A stretch of 64,000 nt of DNA from Chiloscyllium plagiosum (taxonomy: Eukaryota), in the NCBI RefSeq assembly GCF_004010195.1, contig NC_057719.1, positions 11,098,507 to 11,162,506 of the forward strand, given 5' to 3'. Of the stretch, positions 13,108 to 26,834 are shown one piece after another (position 1 is the stretch's first letter; each line of letters begins with the position of its first letter). Both the position numbers and the translations under genes were made by a program. Under the pieces are notes generated by a model. The model made no database searches and had not been told where the DNA came from. It saw nothing but the letters and a program-made list of their open reading frames with translations.

Positions 13108-13844
13108 CTGTGAAAATACAAGCAGTTTTTGTTGGTTGTTCATTCTTCTAAGAATTCTGGCCTTCTTAATTTTTTTGAATTTTTTTTTCAGAATGGGAAA
13201 AATTCTTTACTCTCAACAAAATTCCCCTCTTCTGACAGACCAATGCCATGTAACAACTGTCATAGAAAGCCCCCTCTAGCCTTCTGTCTCTGAAATATTT
13301 ATACCACCAACTTCCATAAGTTTCTGTAACTTCCAAAGGTCTATTGACCTTTCTTCCCTACTTTGAGTTATGCCTTAAAGCATAGCTTTGACCAAATGTT
13401 TGGTCACCTATCCTAATGCCTCCTTAGTCTCAAATTTTGTTTTTTAATACTTCTATGAAAAAATCTGAAGGCACTACATAAATGCTAGTTGTTGCGTGCA
13501 AACCTGGAAGTGATAGCGCTCTTATAATCTTAGTGATTCTGCCCCACTGCTAACAGAGATGACATGGCTATTGCTGTGATGCATAAAATATCATATAGAC
13601 TAATCTCAAATTTGCCCCTTTCCTGACAGACCAGTCTTATCTGTTTAAAACCTTCTCTCATAGGGTATCACCCATTCGTGAAGCTTGTTCCAAAAGTCAA
13701 TTTGCCTTTGTGGAAAACCCACTCATGTTAAGCAAGCAGTCACTTCATGAGGAACTGTCACTTCGAGAAATTAGTCTACAGTCTATACAATTCCGCATGC
13801 CACTTTATAGTGAATGCATGAACAGAGGACAGACATGATTCACA

Positions 13845-14305
13845 AGCATGGCTGCAGGGATGAGAAATTTCAGTTATGAGGATAGATTGAAGAAGTGGGG
13901 ACTGTTCTCCTTGGAGAAAAGAAGGCCAGAAGGAAAAGTTTGAAAGGTTCCGAGCAGGCTTGATGGAATAGATAGGGAGAAACTGTTCCCAGTCACAAAA
14001 TAATCAAAACCAGAGGGCACTGATTTAAAGAGATCTGAAAAAGGGAGCAAATCTGACATTAAAAAAAAGCTTTATCACACAGTAAAACGTTGAAGTCAGG
14101 AATGCACTGTCTGGAAATGTGGTGGAAGCAACTTCATTTAGGCATTCAAGAGGTTTCTGGTTGATTATTGGGATAGAAATAATGTATGTGAGTGTGGAGA
14201 AAAAGCAGGAAATTTGCAAACAGTCACAATGCTGATTTGAAGAGCCCATGCAGACATAATGGGTTGAACACCTCCTTCTGCCCCAGTACATTTTGTAATT
14301 CTGTG
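13845..14305 (+). mobile_element. Old CR1 LINE 3' end
   Basis: Translates as FSYEDRLKKWGLFSLEKRR, followed by a CR1-like 3' UTR. Confidence 0.7.
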
Positions 14306-16536
14306 ATATACTGACCATCACAAAAAAGGGTTCTCGGGGTTCTTGAGGGTGAGGGAGGAAGGAACAGAAAAATATAGGATGATCGTCACAATCTCAACAT
14401 TCAACAGAATTAAAAATGCTTCAAATAATATCATGCTTAAAGAAAAAGCTACAGGAAGTCACCAAAGAAATGAAAAGCGCTGAGAATTGCTTTCATCCTT
14501 ATCACACACCACCAGCACAAAATCTTGCCAGCACTGCCTAATGCTACCAACTGTGTTAATAGCAAATGACTTTGACAGAAATTGGAGGCAGTATTTGTGT
14601 TTTTTTCACACATGCGATGGGCTTATGCTTTTCCAGGTGACGTCCTACAGGGTTTCCTGATTGTGCTTTTATTTCTGCTGTAACATTTATGGTGGAGTGA
14701 CCTACATAAGCCACAAGTACAGCACATACAGCAAGAACAATTCCAGATGGGCAGCTGGTTTGGACAGCACATCTGGTCTAAATATCCAATATTACAATTG
14801 GGACTATCGCACTGGTGCAGTGGTGTAAGTTAAAACATATTGACTGAGGGAGTGATGAAAGGCAACTTCATTCTTTGTGTGCATTTTGCAGAACCTGATC
14901 TGTTACAGCCTAACACCAATTCCCGATGCCAAGCTTGGATAATATGCAGTCAGTTATTTTGATAGAAAATAAATGTATTGGCCACAATGTAACAATTAGT
15001 AATCAATGACAGTGCTTCATGAGAAGTTGCTTCCATGGATTGTGCTGTATCCATGGATTCAAAATATGTTTGCTTTGTTTTCATGGACTCTGCCTCCCAT
15101 GGGAGTCTGAGCTCTGCCTGTATTCTCGAGGCTACTCCACTGCACTCTGCTCAGAGTCTGCAGCATCTCTGTCTCTGATTTATCTAAAGAACTCTCAGGA
15201 GTTCCGGTATACTCTTTATTTAAATTCTAACTTGCAGAACACTGATTACAGCTTTCCAGTACATTTACTCCATTTTCAGAGCCTTGCCAACAGGTAACTG
15301 TCGATGTTAGAGTTAACAAGATAGAAAAAGGATGATGACCCTGAATTTTTGACAAAGGGTCACTCGACTCAAAACATTAAGTTTGCTTTCTTTCTCTCTG
15401 CCAGACCCACAGAGTTTCTCCAGCATTTGCTGGTTTTGTTTCAGTAGCTGGATAGCCTAATAGGGAAGGAGACTAGAGGAGAAATACGAAAAAATTCATT
15501 AAAGGGCAGCTTTCAATTGTGTGTGCTACAAAAAAATGTGTGGGAAAAAAGACAATGGGATCAGAAGGAAAAGCAACCAGTGCCTGGAGTATTGCCTAAC
15601 GCAAAGGAAGAGACCATCAGGCCATCACGGTAACAGATCCTCAGGTACGTGTGCTCAGACAAATCACTTTCAACTCATTCATCAAAACCCTAGCCTGTAT
15701 CATAAAGTAAGAAGAAATGGCCTTCACTGTTTAGTTCTTTGACAGTTCTTCTAACCCTGAAGTTATTCAACTCAGCTTGGCCTAGGGCTGTACGTTATCT
15801 GAATTTTAGTTGACAACCGGTAGATGACATCCATACTACATAACAGAATCAAAGAAGGACTTATAACAAAAAGAGAGGCCATTTGGCCATTTATCTCTGC
15901 ACAGACTAATAAATGCTCTCCAGCCTCACCTTACCTTCAAGATATAGTTCATAGGTTATGGCACCTCAAATGCAAGTTGTAGTTTTCTTAAATACGATGA
16001 GGGTTTCCGCCTCTGTAACACCTTTACAAACAATGAGTTCCAGAACCACTACACCCTCTGCTTTAAACATTTTCTCTTGGACGTTCCTTTAATCCTCCTG
16101 CAAATTACTTTAAAGCCTGGTCTCCTGGTCGTTGGCCTCCCTACTCAGGTAACTGGGAAATAATTGTCCCAGTTATGATTATTTCAAAATTCAGAAAGCA
16201 CAGCCCTCTTTCCTTTATCTTCAACTTTAAGTTCCTCACTATGAACATATGGTGGTCACCAATAATGTGAAGCTGAACTGGATCAGGCATACCAACACTA
16301 TAGTTACAAAACCAGTGCAAAGACAAGGCATTCTCAACCCCTGAACCCTTAAAAACTGGTCAGTAGCATGATGGGGGATGCACTGCTCACTGGAATGGGT
16401 TCAGCTGCAAAAAAACATTTTAGCAACTCAACACCATCTAAAAGACAAATTGACTTGATTGATGCCCAATACTCAATATCCATTGTGACTATGACTGACA
16501 CGCTGTCCTGAGTTCACAAAAGAGGGTATAAATAAC

Positions 16537-18312
16537 TTACCAGAAACATTGGGAACACAGGAGTTAGTGAGAGGGAGGAACTGAAGGAGATCAGTATTAG
16601 TAAGAAAATGGCATTGGAGAAATTGATGGCTTTGAAGGCCAATAAGTCTCGAGGCTCTCATAATCCCCAGAGTACTTGAGATAGTGGCAGTAGAAATTAT
16701 GGATGTATTGGTGGCTATCTTTAAGTTTCAATGGACTCTGGAATGGTTCCTACAGATTGGAAGATAGCCTTCTATTTAAGAAGGGAGGCAGAGAAAAACA
16801 GCAATTTCAGACCAGTCAGCCTGATGATGGTAGTGAGGACTATGCTAGAGTTCATCATAAAATAATTAACAATTGAGTATTTAGAAAATAGTGGCAGGAT
16901 TAGACAGAGTCAGCTTGGATTTAGAAAGGGTAATCACATTTAACAAATCTATTGCAAGTCTTTGAGGATGTAACTTGGAGAGTTGATGGGGAGGTGCCAG
17001 TAGGTGTAGTTTATTTGGCCTTTCAGAAGGTTTTCAACAAAATCCCACATAAGAGATTAGAATGCAAAATTAAAATACATGGGATTGGGGATAGTTACTA
17101 AGATACATAAAAAAGCTGGTTGGCAGACAGGAAAAAAAAACAAAGAATAACTGGGTCTTTTTCCAAACAGCAGGCAGTGACTTATGGGGTACCGCAGGGA
17201 TCAGTCCTCATACCCCCAGCTAATCATAATACATGTGCATGATTTGGATGAGGGAACTAAATGTAATACTTCCAAATTTGCAGATGACACTAAGCTGGGT
17301 GGAAGGATGAGCTGTGATAAAAATGCAGAGATGCTTCAGCGCAATGTAGACAAGTTGAGTGAGTAGGCAAATGCATGGCAGATGCAGTATAACGTGGATA
17401 AATCTGAGGTTATCCACTTTGGGAACAAAAACAGGAGGGTAGATTATCATCTAACTGGCTATCATTGAGAGAGAGGAATGTGCAACAAGACCTGGGTATC
17501 CTTGGACACCAGAGGCTAAAAGGAAGCATGCAGGTGCAGCAGGTGATAAAGAAAGCAAATGGTGTTGGCATTTACATTGAAAGGATTCAAGTACAGGAAT
17601 GGCTTGCTGCAATTATCCAGGGTCCTGGTGAGACCACACCTGCAGTACTTCATGCGGTTTTGGTCTCCGTATCTGAAGAAGGGTGTTCTTACTAAAAAGG
17701 GAGTGCAGTGAAGGTTTACTGGACTGATTCCTGGGATGGTAGGAATGAATTATGAGGAGAGGTTGAACTTGTGAGGATTATATTCACTGGAGTTCAAAAG
17801 AATGAGGGAGATCTCATAGGAACGTATAAAATTCTAACAGGACTAGATAGAGTAGCTGCAGAAAGGATGTTCCTGATGGCAGGAGATCCAGAACCAATGT
17901 CCATAAGACCATAAGACATAGGAGCAGACACTAGGCCACTCAGGCCATCGAGTCTGTTCCACCATTCAATCATGGCTGATAAATTTCTCATCCCCATTCT
18001 CCCACTTTCTCCCTGTAACTCTTGATCCCCTTGATACTCGAGAACCTATCTATTCCAGTCTTATATCTAAGGACAGAAGATTAACAATTTAGGATTGATT
18101 GAGGAGAAATTTCTTCATCCAGACAGTGGTAAGCCTGTGGAATTCTCTGCCACAGAATGCAATATGATTTCAGGAAGGACTTGGATATAGCACTTGGGGC
18201 TAAAGGGCATGGGGGAGCAGGCTATTGAGTTGAATGATCACCCACGATCACAACGAATGGCAGAGCAAACTCAAGAGGCCAAATGACCTACTTCTGCTCC
18301 TACTTTCTATAT
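16537..18312 (+). mobile_element. Degenerate CR1 LINE ORF2 (RT) and 3' UTR, interrupted by an antisense CR1 tail at about 17901-18062
   Basis: Motifs NFRPVSL, VVYLAFQKVFNKIPH and SKFADDTKLGG (ORF 17184-17366), with many stops and frameshifts. Confidence 0.85.
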
Positions 18313-18452
18313 CTACTCCACGGGAACTGATGATAGGAGACCTTTGAACCCATCTCAGCTTGTTCTACTCTGCTTCCCTTTTACCATAACCCCATTGTTT
18401 TTGGCCTCAGGTCCTTATCCCTTATAAAAACATGATTGAACTTGCCTCCACC

Positions 18453-18639
18453 ACAGGAAGAACGCTTCATCTTCCGCCTTGGAACACTTCAACCCCAGGC
18501 CATCAATGTTGACTTCACCAGTTTCCTCATTTCTCCTCACCCCTGCTCCTCGGATGCTGCCTGACCGGCTGTGCTTTTCCAGCACCACTCTAATCTAGAC
18601 TTTGATTTCCAGCACCTGCAGTCCTCACTTTTGCCTACA
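18453..18639 (+). mobile_element. Penelope-like element 3' end (ORF C-terminus plus terminal repeat)
   Basis: Translates as EERFIFRLGTLQPQAINVDFTSF, directly followed by the terminus shared with the short hammerhead-bearing fragments. Confidence 0.75.
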
Positions 18640-20235
18640 CTTGGAAGTGGTGCATTTTGCATCCTATTCAGTTTCTGTGAGGAAAATGTTTTTCCTCATA
18701 TTGTTATAGTTTGTTTGCCAATCACTGTAATTCAGTGCCCTCTAGCTCTCAGCATTTCCACCAGCTCCTCCCTATCTACTCTGTCAAGACCACTCATCAA
18801 ATATCCACTCAACCTTCTCTTTCCTAAAAAAATAACCATCAGACTTGTCAGGGCACCAAGGGAAATGCGAAACATGCAATTTGGTCTTCATTGCCCACAT
18901 CTGAGAAACAAAGAGCTGAAGATATACATCATCTTTCCTCAAATATAAGTACTCTCTGAATTTTGTGTAAACTGGTTGTGGCATTGGTAATTTCTAAATA
19001 TGTGCAGCAATTGATAAATATTGAGATCATACTAACATACAAGTCAAAGACATTTTTTGAAACTTAATTTCTGTGCTCTTACAATGCAGATTTTGATCAA
19101 TTTACGTGAAAACAAGAGGCAGCAGTGAGACGAATTTCAGATAAACTTTAAATGTTTCATGCGTCAAATTTTAGGGGCATTGAGTTTAAGCTAATAAAAC
19201 AGTGCATGCACATAGTCCATTGGTTTGACATTGATTAGAATTATGAAACTAGAGAAATATGTATGAAAGATGCCCTTATACTGAGAATACAAAGCCATTT
19301 TTATTCATAGTATTGCAATATGAAAAGGAAATGAAAACTGAAAGTCATTGCCAGAAAATAAATGTACTCCTTAGCTTCAGTCAATGAACCATCTTATCAA
19401 TTCTGGGCAATGAATGTGAAAGTGACGTTTAAAAGCCATCCTTTACAGACGGCCATTTCTCAATTGCCAATGTATTTTTTTTCTGAACATTTTTGAGGGG
19501 AAAATGAATTTTATTAAGCATTTGAAATTGCATTATGTCTGGCCCTGCGGGCACTGAATTTATTTGCACAGCTTGCGATACAGAACCCTTTTCTGCCAGA
19601 AATTCAGCATTTGCAAAAGAAAAGCTCAGGAAAATGGGAGCCAACTAGCAATAACTGGGGAACAGTCGTTACATATTAGAAACAAACCAGGACAATTACC
19701 TTTAAATCACCTGAAACAATAAAATCCCTTGTAAACTGCTTGATTTAAAGGGGGATTGCTATATTCAGGATAATAAATAATACCTTGTATAAATTTAGAT
19801 CAAGTGGCTACAGATGAGCACATACACTTGGAACATAAGGTAGGACTTTAACTGGATCAAGTTCAAGGAGGTTTTTTTCTCTTAACCTCCCACTTCAAGC
19901 CAATCAGCCCTCAAGGTTCTGATCACCTTATTCAAGTCAGTTAATAATGGCTGTGACAATATCCATAATTCTATGCACCCCAGAAACTGTACTACTATCA
20001 CTGCAGTGACTACACCAGGGTTGATCAAGCTTGTTACTATGACCTTTAAATGAGAGAAGAAGCAGGCTCCCTGGTTTTTCTCCCAGACTGCTCTCCCAGG
20101 AATGTCAAGAGCGATCAAAATTCCAGGAGACCCACTTTAGGCAGATTGGCAACCCTAATAAGAAACCATGTATAGAAGATGGGATTCAATCTACCAGTCC
20201 TTCCACAGACTGTGTAAAATCTTCCCCATTGTATA

Positions 20236-20395
20236 CAGAGGAACCTCAATTATCCAACATTCAATTATCTGAATATCAGATTATCCGGCAAGATTGCAAG
20301 GTCCCGATGCCTGGCTGAACTATGTTATCTGGCATTCGATTAACCAAACAAAATACTTCCCCGCCCGTGTCCTTTGGATAAACAAGGTTCCTCTG
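20236..20395. mobile_element. Tc1/mariner (pogo/Tigger-like) MITE
   Basis: 22-bp TIRs cagaggaacctcaattatccaa / ttggataaacaaggttcctctg (3 mismatches), with TA on both sides. Confidence 0.85.
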
Positions 20396-21386
20396 TACTT
20401 TTTAATTAATTACTGCCTTGGCCAGTATTTCTTGCCCATCCTTAATTGCCCAGAAGACCATTAAGAGTCAACCACATTGCTGGGTATCTGGAGTCACGTG
20501 TAGGCCAGATAAGGATGGCAGATTCCTTTCCTAAAGGACATTAGTAAGTACTATATTAAATGACATGCCTGATCCAATATTAATAACTCAGCGTAAGTAC
20601 TCCAAATGCCTGGGCAGTAAAGAAGCAAAAACTCAAGAATATCCTTAAATCCACAAATCACCACAAGTGAAAGATGCATCGGACAAGCACCTTTTTTTTT
20701 TGTGATCTTCGAACCTTTGTATTCTCTGGAGCATTTGAATTAACTGTGTCTATACATATACATTTAACCTTCATTCCTACTTTGGAGCAGATAAAAGAAG
20801 GGGAAGATTTGCATTTATATTGTGCCTTCCCATATATCTGAGAGAATCTGAGAGCATTCCATGTATAATGAATTACTGTGATGTACAGTGACTGTACGCA
20901 GGCAAACAGATATCCATCATCCAGCACTTTCATGAGGAATAATCAGAGCAGTAATCATTTATTTAAAATATTACCACCATGATCAAATGCATACTCTGGT
21001 GGCTGTCATTGTTTATGTACATTTTGATTCACGTTAAAAATATCATTATTATAAACCGAAAATAGCACAGTCCTAATTTCCGGACCATCCTCTTTTTGTT
21101 ACAATCTCAATTTATTTTTCTTGCTAATTTCCTTCACCTTCTCAAGGCACTGAATCCTCACAGATAATTCTACCACTTCTTCCTGGGTTTCAGCCAAGTC
21201 TATTATTCATATGCGAGGGTTGTCAGGCTATTCAATGTGGATCACAGTCAAGCCCAGTTTTGTTCACACCAACCTTCACACATGAACACTTCCAGAAGTG
21301 GCGCTGGGTCACTGCTTTATCATCAGGAACAGACAACTTGCATTATCTTTGCCTTCCATACTGAGTAACAAGTTGCATTTATACAG

Positions 21387-21657
21387 CATAGAATCCCTAT
21401 AGTGCAGAAAGAAGCCATTCAGTCCATCGAGTCTACACTGGCCCTCCACATAGCATCCCACCAGTTCCACTCTATGCCTGTAATGCACCAAGCCAGCATA
21501 TCCCTGGACACTATGGGATATTGTAGCATGGCCAAACTACATAACTTTGGCCTTCGAAAGCAAATCCACACAGACTCAGGAACAACATGTAAATGCCACA
21601 CAGACAGACACCTGGCGCAATGAGACAGCAATGCTAACCATTGAACCACCGTGTACC
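21387..21657 (-). mobile_element. Diverged HE1-type SINE
   Basis: Ends gacagcaatgctaaccattgaaccaccgtg (reverse complement of the SINE head) and begins with the CR1-like tail catagaatccctatagtg. Confidence 0.65.
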
Positions 21658-24224
21658 TTTCTAACATTCTAGAACATCCCAAGGGTCGGAGCCACATGAA
21701 GATATTTTGGCAGGCCATAATAATGAAAAGTAGTAAACAGTAGTGGAGGAGGGATTTCAGGAGGAAAGCAGTGTGGGAAATACTGCAGTAAAGAGTGTGT
21801 GAGGGAGATTGGGCAAGAAGGTGGGGCGGAGGGTACTACAATGGGTCTAGGGTTCCAAAACAAGAGGGATATATGCCACAACAGCCTGTAAATAATTCTA
21901 CCAGGTGAAACCTGACAGCCTCATCATATGATGGGTATGCCCACCTCAATACTGGTAAAATACCAATGGGCATCAGGGAGAGGCCATTAACTGGTTATTA
22001 AACAACCACTGAGACCTCAATTGGTACACAATCCCTGCTTCACCCACCACAAGCTTCTTGTGGTTCCCGGTAGGCAACCCAGCATGGCATTCAATTTTAC
22101 AACCCCTGCCCTCAGCTGCCAGCCTGGTGGGGGAAATACAGAGAATTCAACAGCAGGACAAAATTACAAACTACAAGGTCCCCCATCATGCTGGGCTAAA
22201 CAGCATGGAAACCACCTTGAAGAAAATTCAATTGGAATGGCAGACCATGTCTTCCACAAAGCAGTTAGGGGACTGTCACTGAGTAAGGGCTATACAGCCT
22301 TACAAACTTCTGCTTTGCAGACCCACCTATCTTAGGGTTACTCTTGGGTGAACAGTCCACCTGAGTGCAAGCACTGAAATTTGATTTAGCATATCTCATG
22401 GACCTTCTATGGCAAACTCATCAAAGCCCAATATGCCCAGAAGGAGGCCCATTCTAAGAAAATGCCATTCCTGCATCATATTGTTCAGTCAAGAGAAGAC
22501 CACAATGGACAATGAAACCATTGACAGCTTGGACATACTCAATGTGAAGAGCCTATTACGAATACAATACTTACAGCCATACGCTGTCCTACTTTGATCT
22601 TGCACATACATGAATTCAAAGACATTTACCAGCTGCAGAAAGTTAGTGGATGAGAACTTTGCGCAGACACCATTACAGACCTGGGGGAAACATTAGACGC
22701 TTGGGGAGTGAGAACAGATTAAGTTATTAATGAGCAGAAGTTGAGGATCTGGCTGCCCAATGACTGAAACTCAAGCATCTCCTTTGGAAAGAAGCATGCT
22801 TGACGAGAGTCTAATGTTTACAGGCACAGAGCTCCATTGGAAAGATATGTATGTAGTGGATGGCTGAAGCCACAGCAGTTTTTTACTGCCCCCATTTGTA
22901 GCAATAGTTAGAAACCTGTGGCAGCACTCCCAAACACAACTATCCCAAGACAAGTCAGCTCCTCCTCCACAAAGGCACAGGCTACAGGGCCAAGGATAGA
23001 TCATTTATCTATCACTAATCGTGTCATAATACACAACTTAAAAACTGCCAATTGTTGAAGCTTTCATTTTGCACTTTTCAGAATAAGTTTGTTCCTGGGA
23101 TCCTAGCTCTGAGGAGTACAAAACTAAAAGCTTCAATTTCTTGTCTCTTTTTAGCAATACTTAAGTAAAAAAAATCTATCAATCAGTCTTGACATTTTCA
23201 ATTTATGCAGTTGCAACAGTTTTGTTGGGAAAGGGTTCCAGATTCCAATATTTTGTCATGTAAAAGCCATGGACCTTTGTTCCTAACAGTCTTGTTTGGT
23301 CTACTGACACCACATGGATTGCAGCTCATTGCCATCTTCACAAGGGTAACAGATGCTGGCTTAGCGAGTGACATCCACATTCTGTGAGAGAATGAAGATG
23401 TTTCTCACATTACCCAAATCTTTGGCAGTACTCAATACAAAGCAGGGATTTCCAGCTTTCTAACACTTGGCATTGAATGTCAAGAAATCCTCACTGGGGA
23501 TTTTCTCGTGTGAATGAAAAGGTCAGCTCTGCTCATGCTCAGTGCCCATCCTGGAACAAACACCTGCGGAAGGGCAGGAGTCTCCAGAAATTGTATTCTT
23601 AATAGAGTAGCAGCACATGCCACTGTCAGCCTACCTGACTGAAGTTAGAGGCAGGAAACATTGGCAATGGAGATGCAGGTCCTTGCCTGGACACAGAAAT
23701 CATGAGGGGAGTGTGAACTCAATCCCAAGAAAACTCTCAGTCCACCTGTCCACAAGACAAGCTGGAAATTATGCCATGATTGATTATGGGAAAGCATGCC
23801 AAAATACTAGGCACAAAATCCTTAGACAACACCTTCCAAACCCACGACCACTTCCATCTGGAAGGAGAAAGGCAGCAGAAACATGGAAGGCACCATCACC
23901 TGCAAATTCCCCTCCAAGCCACTCACCATTCTGACTTGTTCCTTCAGTGTCTCTGGGTAAAATTCCTGTAATTCCCTCCCTAACAGCATCCCCTCCCAAA
24001 CATCCCTACAGCACATGGACTGCATTGGTTCAAAAAGGTAGCTCACCACCACCTTCTAAAGGGCAACTGGGGACAGACAATAAATGCTGGTTCTGCCAGC
24101 AACACCCATATCCTACAAGTAATTAAAAACTACATTGGCAAAGGACAGTCAGCTTAGGAGAATGAGTCTTGAAAGGCGAACCAATTGTTAGTCATCTCCT
24201 TACTTCCAAATGATGATCATATGG

Positions 24225-25287
24225 TTCTGGATGTGCTTTTGCTCGCTAAGGTGGAAGGATCGTTTTTAGATGTTTCATCACCATACTCAGTAACATCTTC
24301 AGTGAGCCTCCGAATGAATCACTGGTGGTGTAGCCCGCTTTCTATTTATATGTTTGGGTTTCCTTGGGTTGGTGATAAGATTTCCTGTGATGACGTTTTT
24401 TCCTATGGTGATGTCATTTCTGGTTCTTTTTCTGCCTGTTTGTCCAATGTAGTATTTGTTACAGTCCTTGCATGGTATTTTGTAAATCTACAGGAAAACA
24501 ACACAGAAGCAATCATCCCAACATTCACAAGTTCAAGTTCCTAGATGTCGCAGTAGAGTGAACAGCCAATGGGGAACTTCAAACCAGCATCTACAGGAAA
24601 ACAACATATACAGACCAAATACTGAGCTACAGAAGCAGTCATCCCAATATCACACAAAGCTGCATTAGAACATTATTTCAACGAGCCACCACACACTGCA
24701 GCACAGATGAATTCTACAGAGCAGAGGAAGATCACCTATACAGTCTATTCAAAAGAACAGGCACCCAATGAATACAGTCCGCCGATTTCTCAGCAACAAC
24801 CCCAAACAAGCAGAAAAAACACGTCCAGACAAAGACATCACAGAGATGACTGCCAGACTATTCAGACGTCTTGGCATCATGATCGCCCACCAACACACTA
24901 AAACAGCAGCTAATGAACTTGAAAGACCCTAGACAGATAACAAGCAAAACTAATGTCATTTACAAAATACCTTGCAAGAACTGTAACAAACACTACATTG
25001 GACAAACAGGCAGAAAACTAGCCACAAACACATTGACTTGGATCCCATTTACCACCCCCTGAGAAAAAGAACTGGAAATGACATCACCACAGGAAATTAC
25101 ATCACCAGCCCAAGGAAACCCAAACATATAAATAGAAAGTGGGCTACACCACCAGTGCTTCATCCGGAGGCTCACTGAAGATGTTACCTAGTATGGTGAT
25201 GAAACGTCTGAAAACGAACCTTCCAGCTCATCGAGCAAACTTCTACCCAGAACCTCAACCTGAGATACAAATCTTCTCAAAACTCGA
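24225..25287 (+). mobile_element. Truncated Penelope-like retroelement (RT C-terminus plus GIY-YIG endonuclease) with an inverted copy of its 3' end upstream
   Basis: Plus strand: FLDVAVE...GELQTSIYRKTTYTDQIL, SCIRTLFQRATTHCST and NVIYKIPCKNCNKHYIGQTGRKLAT. 24225-24487 is the reverse complement of parts of about 24958-25255. Confidence 0.88.
25172..25211 (+). ncRNA. Minimal hammerhead ribozyme motif
   Basis: UCA-CUGAAGA-U-GUUACC-UAGUAU-GGUGAU-GAAA-C-GUC-UGA; stem I UCA:UGA. Confidence 0.65.
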
Positions 25288-25529
25288 TCATACAGTTTCA
25301 AGTTGTTTCCCAATTCTCTCTATCCAATAGTTTGAGGTAGACTTTAGTTATGACTCAGAAATGAAATGAATGCTGTGGTAGCAGTAACAATTTCATCTTT
25401 AGAGAATAAAGCATTTTCAACAAGATCAACTTATCATTGTAACCCAGAGGACCTCATCAACCGGGAGCAGTTTGTATAGTGGGAGTGATAATTGATAGGA
25501 TCTGGATTCATGATATTATCCCATGATGG

Positions 25530-25618
25530 TAAAAATCACACAACACCAGGTTATAGTCCAGCAGGTTTAATTGGAAGCACACTAGCTTTCGGAGCGCCGC
25601 TCCTTCATCAGGTGGTTG
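25530..25618 (-). mobile_element. Penelope-like terminal fragment (third family) with hammerhead motif
   Basis: Minus strand at 25580-25614 reads CAC-CUGAUGA-A-GGAGC-GGC-GCUCC-GAAA-G-CUA-GUG, followed by an aattaaa-containing terminus. Confidence 0.7.
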
Positions 25619-26646
25619 TCCCATAATGATTACTTCATTTGCTTATATCCAATATTTCCAAAATAAAGTAACTTGGGGTCAAAGCCCAACAAGGATAGAT
25701 CTATGTCAAAATCCACTGCACCTTAATGGTCTCTGCCATCTTAATCTATCTCAACCTGCATTTTTAGCTTTGAGCCCTCATGAAAAGTTCTTAATGGCAA
25801 AATTTACTGACGGAGTCACTCATCAAAGACTGATACAGTGCTTCAAATTCACTTTGACATCTCAGCCTTGGCATCTCTTTCAGAACCAGAAGGATATCCA
25901 CAGGGACCAGGGTTGACAAGGCATCCAAAAACACTCAGTAAAACTACTGCCTGCGTAAGTCTATTCAGCAACAATAAGCATACAGACACGGTAATGTTAC
26001 TATCCATTGAAAGCATTTAATTGGGGAAACAGTGGACTTAATCAACCAAATGCTATGTGCTATCAATCTAACTGTGCTGTATGACTAGAGACAGCTGCTT
26101 GCTGCTAACACCTCTCAGCCAATGTGCCAATTGGTTCATCTAGTTTCACATTACTTTAGTTGAATTTATTTTAATTCACATGGAGCTGTAAATCAATTCC
26201 AATAGCAACCCAGTGGATGTTTTTCCAACACAAAATCATGCATTTATACAGTGTGTAGAAATATATCCCAAGGTCCTTCACAGGAACACACAAAATCTAA
26301 TTTTGACAAAGAACCACATAAAGAGACATTAGGGTAAACAAGCAAAAGTGCGGCCAGAGTGGTTGGTTTGAAGGACGTGATTTAAAGGAGGAGTGACAGC
26401 AAGTAAGGTCTATAGGGAGAATTCCGGAGATTAAGTTCCAAGGTACGGGAGGTATGGCCATCGAGGGTAACACGATGATTGAGGATGTGCAACAAAGTGG
26501 GAAAGATGTTAAGAGTTCAGAAGGTTGTAAGGCCAGACACTAGAATAAGAATCTTTAAGTTGAGACATTCCTGGAACTGGAAATAGTACTTCAACAGCAT
26601 TTATTCCTTTCTCAGTCAGCCTTCCCTGAACACGCTGCAACAGAAG

Positions 26647-26834
26647 CAAGAGTGTGGTGCTGGAAAAGCACAGCAGGTCAGGCAGCAACCGAGAAGCAGG
26701 AAAATATTGATGAAGGGCTTTTACCCAAAATGTCGACTTTCCTGCTCCTTGGATGCTGCCTGACCTGCTGTGCTTTTCCAGCACCACACTCTTGACTCTA
26801 ATCCCCAGCATATGCAGTACTCACTTTTGCCTAC
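26647..26834. mobile_element. Penelope-derived inverted-repeat remnant
   Basis: Arms 26647-26705 and 26736-26794 are reverse complements enclosing a decayed hammerhead core. Confidence 0.8.

Noticed and set aside
12928..13143. ORF-track call of a 71-aa standalone protein
   Set aside because: It is an exon read through into intron; splice sites delimit 12949-13107.
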